Shown piece by piece: positions 57,932 through 64,000 of a stretch of DNA of 64,000 bases. The notes beneath the pieces are model-generated. The model did no database searches. It saw only the letters and a list, made by a program, of their open reading frames with translations, and was not told the origin of the DNA. The stretch is taken from positions 82,427-146,426 of the forward strand of contig CAYQAU010000003.1 in the NCBI GenBank assembly GCA_964415545.1, given 5' to 3'. This DNA comes from an uncultured Elusimicrobium sp. Its GTDB lineage: Bacteria > Elusimicrobiota > Elusimicrobia > Elusimicrobiales > Elusimicrobiaceae. Position 1 is the stretch's first letter. The number at the start of each line of letters is the position of its first letter. The translations under genes were made by a program, and so were the position numbers.

Positions 57932-58771
57932 ATGAGACATAAAGGCGAACTATCTTTAGCTAAGGCATATATGCCTGAATATATTGAATCATTAAAAATT
58001 AGATCCAAAATCCTGCGTGCGACCGGTGTCGCAATAGGATATGGCGATATAGCCTTGCCACCCGGCAGTTTAACTATTTTGGGCGGGCGCACAGGGCACG
58101 GTAAAACAAGTTTGGCTATTAATATTATTAAAAAAGTTTGTATTGAGGACAATCAGCCGGCGGCTTATTTTTCATTGCAATTTGGCTATAATGAGGTTTT
58201 AAATAAACTTGTGAACTGTATGCCCGGGGAAGATATCGACGATAAGCTGCCTAATTTGCTGGAGCAAGAAACGGTAAAGAGTTCTATCGAAAAAATTGAA
58301 GCTGCGCCGTTTTATTTGGATACCTCTTCTGTGTTATCGGCTGAAAGTATAGTAAATAAAGTTTCTGGGATAGAAAAAGTCTCGCTTATCATTGTTGATC
58401 ATATGGAACTACTACAGCACAGGCAAAATATTAAAGCGTTTGAGGGTATCGCCAATACACTTAAACAACTTGCCCAAAAGCTAGATGTAGCTGTATTGAT
58501 GTTTTGTAATTTACCTATGGTTTATGTGGATAAAATAGAGGAGTGCCGCCCTTGTCTAAATGATTTTAAGAATTTTGGCGACTTGGAAAGGTATGCAGAT
58601 ATAATGGGTTTTATTTATCGCCCAAAATTTTCCAGAGAAGATTCCAAAAGCCTGCATGTGGAGGGATTACTTTCCATCTGCAAAAACAAATTTACCCGTC
58701 CCGTTGATATTGATTTGCAGTTTGATGCAAAACGTATGTTATTTCAAGAGATAAAACCCAATCAAAAATAG
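57932..58771 (+). CDS. DnaB C-terminal (RecA-fold) domain paralogue lacking the DnaB N-terminal domain
   Basis: GGAG SD. Walker A GGRTGHGKTS. Other blocks, with the DnaB equivalent in brackets: FSLQF (FSLEM), IIVDHMELL (DYLQL) and RPCLNDFKNFGDLERYADIMGFIYR (RPxxSDLRESGxIEQDAD). Confidence 0.65.
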   Translation: MRHKGELSLAKAYMPEYIESLKIRSKILRATGVAIGYGDIALPPGSLTILGGRTGHGKTSLAINIIKKVCIEDNQPAAYFSLQFGYNEVLNKLVNCMPGEDIDDKLPNLLEQETVKSSIEKIEAAPFYLDTSSVLSAESIVNKVSGIEKVSLIIVDHMELLQHRQNIKAFEGIANTLKQLAQKLDVAVLMFCNLPMVYVDKIEECRPCLNDFKNFGDLERYADIMGFIYRPKFSREDSKSLHVEGLLSICKNKFTRPVDIDLQFDAKRMLFQEIKPNQK

Positions 58772-58772
58772 A

Positions 58773-58808
58773 CTTGACTTGCCTCCCTATACTAAGCGGT
58801 AATATATA
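58773..58808 (+). repeat. promoter-like island motif, copy B
   Basis: CTTGACTTgcctccctatacTAAGCGGTAATATATA. It begins 2 nt after the DnaB-like stop and lies 30 nt before the ATG at 58838. Confidence 0.55.
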
Positions 58809-58837
58809 CGCGCACATATTTGGCTCAAGGAGGCAGT

Positions 58838-59201
58838 ATGAAAAAGAAACAACCTAAACTAAGAGTATTAAAAAGTATACCAAAAGGCTTTCCCAAGGAT
58901 ATTCGGGCATCTCCTGTTGAAAAGACCGTCGCATGCAAGGCTATAAAGGTTACAAAAAAGCCTGCAGAGGGTGTTTTTAGGGCAAATAAAGGCACTCAAC
59001 GCGATTCGCGCTTGCCTGCGCAGGGAAACAATTATAACCCGCAAATATAAAGGCGAAGAGTTACAAATAAAAGTGGTTGAAAACGGCTTTGAATACAAGG
59101 GGGAGATTTTTAAGAGTATCTCAGCTCGGGCTGTTCACATAGTAGGCGCATCCATCAGCGGTTATGTATTTTTCAAACTGACAGGTGGTAAAAATGACTA
59201 A
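58838..59201 (+). pseudogene. DUF2924-like protein broken by a +1 A insertion in an A5 tract
   Basis: AAGGAGG SD plus ATG 58838 (MKKKQPKLRVLK). After the A5 run (58870-58874) the other frame reads VYQKAFPRIFGH...RKYKGEELQIKVVENGFEYKGEIFKSISARAVHIVGASISGYVFFKL. This parallels the intact DUF2924 protein at 62077 (VYKGKEYKAIVLEDGTFKLHDKIYKTLSAVANEISGKHLSGPDFFNL). Confidence 0.55.
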
Positions 59202-59372
59202 AGAAGAAAAGTTTATCCTCTACAGTCTTTTGCTGCACAAGAAGGCGTTTGAGAAGATAATGCGAACTTTAAATGGGTAATTTGTTCAATATAGACTGAG
59301 ATGATGTATATTAAGAAACATTTATTAGACGATGTCATTTATTCATATGAATTGATTTGTTAAAATTGCTAT

Positions 59373-59804
59373 ATGGATACATTAACAAAAAAGCAACGAT
59401 CACAAACAATGCGCGCAATCAAATCCAGCGGTAGCAAAATAGAGATCATGCTATCAAAGGCCTTGTGGCAAAAGGGATATCGCTATCGTAAAAACTGTAA
59501 AAACATTCTAGGAAAGCCTGATATAGCGTTTAGAAAAGACAAAATAGCAATATTTTGCGATAGTGAGTTTTGGCATGGCAAAAAGTTGAGAAAAAATCCT
59601 AACTACATAGATTCAAATAAAAAATATTGGATTGAGAAGATTGAGGGAAATATTAAAAGAGATAGGATAGTTAATAGATCTCTTAAAAAGAACGGATGGC
59701 TTGTGCTCCGTTTTTGGGGTAATGATATAGAAAAAAATATTGATAAATGCGTTGTTAAGATTGCAAAGGCCATAAATTCTAGACGTAACAAAAATAACTT
59801 TTAA
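59373..59804 (+). CDS. vsr: very-short-patch repair endonuclease
   Basis: The motifs KKQRSQTMRAIKSSGSKIEIML...GYRYRKN...GKPDIAF...IAIFCDSEFWHG are the canonical Vsr motifs. Confidence 0.9.
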   Translation: MDTLTKKQRSQTMRAIKSSGSKIEIMLSKALWQKGYRYRKNCKNILGKPDIAFRKDKIAIFCDSEFWHGKKLRKNPNYIDSNKKYWIEKIEGNIKRDRIVNRSLKKNGWLVLRFWGNDIEKNIDKCVVKIAKAINSRRNKNNF

Positions 59805-59859
59805 TTCTTCTTTTTATTTAATACAATAAGTGTAATAAACTTCACATTTTATACTTTAT

Positions 59860-60996
59860 ATGAAAAACATGTTAAAAAGCATACGAAAGGCTAATAAAAT
59901 AACCCAAAACGATTTGGCTGATCAAATCAATGTTACCCGCAAAACTATTATTTCTATAGAAAACGGTGATACTAATCCATCCATAGATCTTGCATACCGT
60001 ATATCAAATGCATTAAAATTACCTGTAGATCATATCTTTTTAAACGACGTGGCGAACCCTCGGAAAAATAAAGTAAAGCAACAAATCAAGTTTATTGATT
60101 TGTTTTGTGGGATAGGCGGGTTCCATTTTGCTGCAAAGAGATATTTTTTAGAAAACGAGTTTAACTATGAATGCTTGTTAAGTTCGGATATAGATGAGTT
60201 CGCGTGTAAAAGTTATAGCGCTAATTTCGGAAAATATCCACAAGGGGATATTACAAAAATCCCAACTGATAAAATACCAGATCATGACATCTTGTTTGCT
60301 GGCTTTCCATGTCAGGCTTTCAGTATTATAGGTTTGGGAAAGGGATTTGAAGACACAAGGGGAACTTTATTTTTTGAGATAGCCCGTATATTAGCCGCCA
60401 AAAAACCAAAAGCTTTTGTGCTGGAAAATGTTAAGAGGTTGGTCTCCCATGACGGTGGTCAGACATTTAGAAAAATTATGACAACCTTAAAAGAACTAGG
60501 ATATTTTGTGGACTATAAGGTTTTAAATGCTTTGGACTATGGCCTTCCTCAAAAAAGGGAAAGAGTGATAATAGTTGGGGCACTGCAACCGTTTGATATG
60601 AAATGGCCCAAAAAAATTGTAAATGGGAAAACTCTTGAGGATATTTTGGAAAAAAAGGTTTCTCCTAAATATTTTGCTTCACGCTCAATTGTTGATAAAA
60701 GGAAATCTGCACATAAGAGCCTGTATACCCCTTCCATTTGGCATGAGAACAAAAGCGGTAACATTTCTTCATATCCTTATTCATGCGCTTTACGCGCCGG
60801 TGCGTCCTATAACTACCTTTTGGTAAATGGCGAGAGGCGTTTGACGCCAAGGGAAATGCTTCGCCTTCAAGGCTTCCCTGATAACTTTAAAATTGTACTA
60901 GAGGACTCTCATATCCGCAAACAGGCTGGCAACGCCGTGCCTGTGGATATGATCTATGAAGTGTTGAAGAGTTTTATCCCCGCTGTATTTAACTAA
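59860..60996 (+). CDS. DNA (cytosine-5) methyltransferase with N-terminal XRE-type HTH
   Basis: HTH ITQNDLADQINVTRKTIISIENGDTNPS. Motif I FIDLFCGIGGF, motif IV GFPCQAFS, motif VI ENVKRL, motif VIII QKRERV, and motif X QAGNAVPV. Confidence 0.9.
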   Translation: MKNMLKSIRKANKITQNDLADQINVTRKTIISIENGDTNPSIDLAYRISNALKLPVDHIFLNDVANPRKNKVKQQIKFIDLFCGIGGFHFAAKRYFLENEFNYECLLSSDIDEFACKSYSANFGKYPQGDITKIPTDKIPDHDILFAGFPCQAFSIIGLGKGFEDTRGTLFFEIARILAAKKPKAFVLENVKRLVSHDGGQTFRKIMTTLKELGYFVDYKVLNALDYGLPQKRERVIIVGALQPFDMKWPKKIVNGKTLEDILEKKVSPKYFASRSIVDKRKSAHKSLYTPSIWHENKSGNISSYPYSCALRAGASYNYLLVNGERRLTPREMLRLQGFPDNFKIVLEDSHIRKQAGNAVPVDMIYEVLKSFIPAVFN

Positions 60997-61058
60997 TCAT
61001 TGTCATTTTTCTTAAAAACCAGTAGAATTAATGTAATTAGTTCTATTGAGTGAGAGAC

Positions 61059-61796
61059 ATGACAAAACTTGAACCTAAGTTAAGAACCGTGCAGAAAGTT
61101 AAGCCGCCTTTTGATCTAAATAAATTCCCCAAGGATTTTATATCCAATCTAGGGAAGGAGTTGGTATACCTAGCAGCTACAAAACCATCTTGCGATCTCC
61201 AAGGTAATGAATGGGAAGAAATATTTGCCCATTGTATAGGTGCAGAATGGAAGCCTTCTAACGTAGGCTTAGATGATGTTGTTTTGGGCCCGTGTTGTTG
61301 GGGAGCGAAAACAGTTAAAGCTTCGTCTAATCTAAAAAATCAGAAAAGAGTTCGTTTAATATCCGGGAGAAATTCACCTAAATATTCTTTTGGCGATTCC
61401 AATTATCTGTCTGCTGATACCAACTCCCTCGGGGCGCAAATTCTTTCCATTTGGAACGAGCGTGTGTCCGCGGTAAAAAAGGAATTTAAGTTTGTTAGAA
61501 CGGTTGTTCTAATTAAAGGTAAAAATTTTGAGGAATTTGCCATTTTTGAGTTTGATACTCAAAGATATGATCCAGAGTTGTATAGTTGGAAATGGAATAA
61601 ACAAGAGAATCTCGAAGGATATGATTCTTCCGGCAAACATTGTTTTACTTGGCAGCCGCATGGATCTCAATTCACTATAGTTGAGGATATTCCCTCGGAT
61701 GCTTTATATATTTCAATTAAGAAGCCTGCGCCTCTTGAGAAAAAGGCTGTGCTAAGGGCTGTAAACTACGATGACAGTTGGATTAAAATAGATTAA
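61059..61796 (+). CDS. putative type II restriction endonuclease partner of the C5-MTase
   Basis: About 245-aa ORF immediately downstream of the methyltransferase, with no family motif I can name. The assignment is by position in the vsr-M-R arrangement. I prefer ATG 61059 over the track GTG 61050. Confidence 0.5.
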   Translation: MTKLEPKLRTVQKVKPPFDLNKFPKDFISNLGKELVYLAATKPSCDLQGNEWEEIFAHCIGAEWKPSNVGLDDVVLGPCCWGAKTVKASSNLKNQKRVRLISGRNSPKYSFGDSNYLSADTNSLGAQILSIWNERVSAVKKEFKFVRTVVLIKGKNFEEFAIFEFDTQRYDPELYSWKWNKQENLEGYDSSGKHCFTWQPHGSQFTIVEDIPSDALYISIKKPAPLEKKAVLRAVNYDDSWIKID

Positions 61797-61815
61797 ATTT
61801 GTTTTTATAAAGTCT

Positions 61816-61851
61816 GAAAAGCCCCATATTCTTAAGAATATGGGGCTTTTC
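61816..61851. terminator. bidirectional intrinsic terminator
   Basis: Perfect 36-nt palindrome GAAAAGCCCCATATTCTT/AAGAATATGGGGCTTTTC with a GC core and flanking A/T runs. Confidence 0.75.
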
Positions 61852-61852
61852 A

Positions 61853-61890
61853 CTTGACTTCTCTCCCGACAGTAAGCGGTAATGTGTATA
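61853..61890 (+). repeat. promoter-like island motif, copy C
   Basis: CTTGACTTctctcccgacagTAAGCGGTAATGTGTATA. The final A is the A of the ATG at 61890. Confidence 0.55.
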
Positions 61891-62087
61891 TGAAAAGAAT
61901 TCCACCAATAGAAAAAAGGTTTAAAAAGGGGTTATCTGGTAATCCCTATGGCAGGCCGCGCATACTTGAGCGCGATATTTTTGAAATTATGATTGAACTT
62001 TTAAAGCTGTTTTTAAGATATAAAAATAAAGATCGTGATGTTGCCAACAAACTATTAAAAATAAAGGAGGCTTTAAATGAGAAATAA
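61890..62087 (+). CDS. DUF5681-like small protein
   Basis: MKRIPPIEKRFKKGLSGNPYGRP matches the F-KG-SGNP-GRP signature of DUF5681. It overlaps the next gene by 11 nt. Confidence 0.5.
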   Translation: MKRIPPIEKRFKKGLSGNPYGRPRILERDIFEIMIELLKLFLRYKNKDRDVANKLLKIKEALNEK

Positions 62088-62514
62088 ATGTTATCTACCT
62101 TCAAGCATGGAGGAGTTGAAAGAGTTGTCACAAGAGCAACTGGAGTTTTATTGGAAGATATTCTACCTAATACCATTTAGAAATAAAAAGGCGGCACTAC
62201 GCCCACTATGGTATTCAATCCAATGCGAACGTTTTAATATTAAGTTAGAGGATAAACATATCAGACGTCTTACCAGATACGCTAAGAATCCCGAGAAATA
62301 TATAGAAAAAGCCAATAAAAATAAATATGCGCTAACAGCTGGCACGGAACTACTTAAGGTATACAAGGGCAAAGAATATAAGGCTATAGTTTTGGAAGAT
62401 GGTACTTTTAAGCTTCATGACAAAATATATAAAACCTTATCTGCTGTAGCTAATGAGATATCAGGTAAACATCTTAGCGGCCCCGACTTCTTTAATCTTA
62501 ATGGGAAAGTTTAA
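62077..62514 (+). CDS. DUF2924 family protein
   Basis: AAGGAGG SD. The C-terminal LKVYKGKEYKAIVLEDGTFKLHDKIYKTLSAVANEISGKHLSGPDFFNL fits the DUF2924 pattern. This family is usually found next to large serine recombinases. Confidence 0.6.
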   Translation: MRNKCYLPSSMEELKELSQEQLEFYWKIFYLIPFRNKKAALRPLWYSIQCERFNIKLEDKHIRRLTRYAKNPEKYIEKANKNKYALTAGTELLKVYKGKEYKAIVLEDGTFKLHDKIYKTLSAVANEISGKHLSGPDFFNLNGKV

Positions 62515-63428
62515 TTTGCAGCAGGATGCCATCCGCTTCCTTGTTGTATCAATTCATTAGTCCATGCTAGTAATAGGCATAATCCCTTGTTTTTAACACC
62601 CCACTTCCGTCTTCCACCACTTGTGCCATATCCCGTAGCAAATCCTTCCATATTTTCCAAGTAATAATCCATAAAACCTTTGTATAGGGGTGTAGAATTT
62701 GTAAACCATGATAGATCCATATCATCACCTATGCGTTGCTTGAGAAAATTGAATATTGTGCCTTTTTCCAAATGATCCACTATTTCATCTGGTGTAATAT
62801 TATCATATTTACCTGTATCAATTACGTGATTGATTTCAAGTATAAGCAGCGTGAGGGCATGCAGATTGAACAAGGGGAATTCTCTTATTCCTTCAATGGT
62901 TTTTGAAAGTTGTTCGGTCAAAATAACATATTTTAATGCATATTCAAAATCTTTTACCTCTCCTGGGTAATGCACTATTTGATTTCTGATAATTTGTAGT
63001 TGATCCAAGAGACGTCTTGTTTTTGGTGGTAATCCACCAGATAACAGGAGGATATTTAGCGCGTTACCTTGTTTAAGGTCTTTTGATTCGGGGTGTTCTT
63101 TGGGAAATATTTTTTGTAATTTTTTAAATGTAATCACTTCCAGATTTTGCCATGAAGCAACTATGGCCTTGGCGGGATCCTCACAAACTTTAGTTTTTAA
63201 ACTCTCTATTTCTTTACCTGAAAGGGTAGGCATACCTTCCCTCTTGCCTTCTTCTTCTGCTTTGAGAATTTCGTTTTTAAAATGTATTTCCCAATCCTTA
63301 TATTTGGCTGATGCAATAGATGAAATTAGGGACGAAAGCTGCTTCTTAAATAGAAATAAAAAAGATAAAAGCACTCCAGGCCACACAAGCGACCCTGATA
63401 ATGCGGCGATAAAAGTTTTCCAATCCAT
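62511..63428 (-). CDS. membrane-anchored HEPN-like protein (DUF4145-like R-x4-H motif)
   Basis: The start is set at ATG 63428, preceded by AGGAG. TM helix FIAALSGSLVWPGVLLSFLFLF. The central LLDQLQIIRNQIVHY contains an RNxxxH motif. Confidence 0.5.
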   Translation of the reverse strand: MDWKTFIAALSGSLVWPGVLLSFLFLFKKQLSSLISSIASAKYKDWEIHFKNEILKAEEEGKREGMPTLSGKEIESLKTKVCEDPAKAIVASWQNLEVITFKKLQKIFPKEHPESKDLKQGNALNILLLSGGLPPKTRRLLDQLQIIRNQIVHYPGEVKDFEYALKYVILTEQLSKTIEGIREFPLFNLHALTLLILEINHVIDTGKYDNITPDEIVDHLEKGTIFNFLKQRIGDDMDLSWFTNSTPLYKGFMDYYLENMEGFATGYGTSGGRRKWGVKNKGLCLLLAWTNELIQQGSGWHPAAN

Positions 63429-63445
63429 ATCTTCTCCTAAAAACA

Positions 63446-63482
63446 CTTGACTTACTGTGCTTACTAAGCGGTAATGTGTATA
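63446..63482 (+). repeat. promoter-like island motif, copy D
   Basis: CTTGACTTactgtgcttacTAAGCGGTAATGTGTATA. It lies 29 nt before the recombinase ATG. The 18-mer TAAGCGGTAATGTGTATA is identical to copy C. Confidence 0.55.
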
Positions 63483-63510
63483 GGGTTATTATAATAAAAA
63501 AGGTATCAAT

Positions 63511-64000
63511 ATGCAGAAGATAAATTGTGCGATATATGTAAGAAAGTCTACAGAGCATGGGTTGGAGCTAGAGTTTAATTCGCTCCATAATCAAGAGGAG
63601 GCCTGCAAGGCTTATGTGGCTAGCCAAACCTTTAATGGATGGGGGTATTATAAAACTTATTCAGATGGTGGAATAAGCGGTGGGACGATGGCACGACCAG
63701 GGCTTAAGAAAATGCTTGAAGACATAAGAGACGGAAATGTGAACATGGTTGTGGTTTATAAGGTGGATAGGCTTTCGCGTTCTATAGTGGACTTCCATAA
63801 AATGATTCAAGAATTGGAGAAATATCAATGTAATTTTGTATCGGTAACCCAAGCATTTGATACAAGTAATTCTATGGGGAAACTGACTCTTAATATGCTT
63901 TTATCCTTTGCACAGTTTGAGAGGGAGGTGGGAAGTGAGCGTGTGCGTGATAAAATTGCTGCCACAAAGGCCAAAGGCTTGTGGGTTGGCGGATCACCTC
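63511..64000 (+). CDS. large serine recombinase, N-terminal resolvase domain (partial, runs off window)
   Basis: Own translation: MQKINCAIYVRKSTEHGLE...SGGTMARPGLKKMLEDIRDGNVNMVVVYKVDRLSRS...FVSVTQAFDTSNSMGKLTLNMLLSFAQFEREVGSERVRDKI. This contains the catalytic YxRxS, DRLSR and E-R motifs. The ORF is not in the track because no stop codon lies within the window. Confidence 0.85.
   Translation, partial: MQKINCAIYVRKSTEHGLELEFNSLHNQEEACKAYVASQTFNGWGYYKTYSDGGISGGTMARPGLKKMLEDIRDGNVNMVVVYKVDRLSRSIVDFHKMIQELEKYQCNFVSVTQAFDTSNSMGKLTLNMLLSFAQFEREVGSERVRDKIAATKAKGLWVGGSP

Larger units (their letters stand above)
31061..64000. mobile_element. A+T-rich accessory / defence island, probably one or more integrative elements; the right part carries a large serine recombinase module and continues beyond the window
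   Basis: Base composition and codon usage change abruptly after 31060 (by eye). Defence genes are very dense: Shango, Gabija, R-M, HEPN and helicase-nucleases. Several genes are broken. A serine recombinase with DUF2924/DUF5681 partners lies at 61.9-64.0 kb. Confidence 0.55.

Noticed and set aside
1-64000. CRISPR arrays, rRNA genes, intact tRNA genes, transposase or IS elements, reverse transcriptases or retrons.
   Set aside because: Reading through all intergenic regions, I found no regularly spaced direct repeats, no rRNA-like or cloverleaf sequences, and no DDE transposase or RT motifs in the ORF set.

Overview
The window has two parts. Positions 1 to about 31.06 kb look like the native chromosome of a diderm bacterium whose identity I cannot determine from this sequence. 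This part carries:
- a TolC/HlyD/ABC-2 efflux operon
- an SCPU-type (Csu-like) chaperone-usher pilus cluster
- an OmpA/Pal-like lipoprotein
- a two-partner-secretion pair with a 4350-aa FhaB-like exoprotein
- a membrane acyltransferase
- the lysine 2,3-aminomutase / beta-lysine acetyltransferase pair (ablA/ablB-like)
- an MBL-fold hydrolase

From about 31.1 kb to the window end the DNA is visibly more A+T-rich (judged by eye, not computed). It reads as a densely packed accessory/defence island containing:
- a complete Shango-like triad (TerB protein, DUF2791/BrxD-like ATPase, Lhr-like helicase)
- a 1322-aa DUF4011 SF1 helicase fused to a Vsr-fold nuclease
- an XRE-fusion protein and a DUF5131 (Gp37/Gp68) protein
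- a PD-(D/E)xK plus zinc-ribbon nuclease
- a membrane-anchored Pif1-like helicase translationally adjacent to a Gabija-like gajA/gajB pair
- a WYL regulator interrupted by an in-frame TGA
- a Vsr / HTH-fused C5-methyltransferase / restriction endonuclease module
- a TM-HEPN protein
- a DUF5681 / DUF2924 / large serine recombinase module that runs off the window end

The best candidate for an undescribed system is the block at 53.7-58.8 kb. It consists of the WYL regulator, two identical CGACA-N6-TGTCG palindromes, a structured terminator/antiterminator-like RNA and a lipoprotein gene. These are followed by an operon encoding a YraN-like nuclease, a ClpX paralogue and a DnaB C-terminal-domain paralogue. 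Both ATPases appear to have lost their catalytic glutamate.

Other notable items:
- a promoter-like motif present four times in the right-hand part of the island
- two +1 A insertions in homopolymer tracts that break genes
- two ORF-free gaps with candidate structured RNAs

No rRNA gene, intact tRNA gene or CRISPR array was seen. All family assignments come from motif reading and memory of family consensus, not from database searches.
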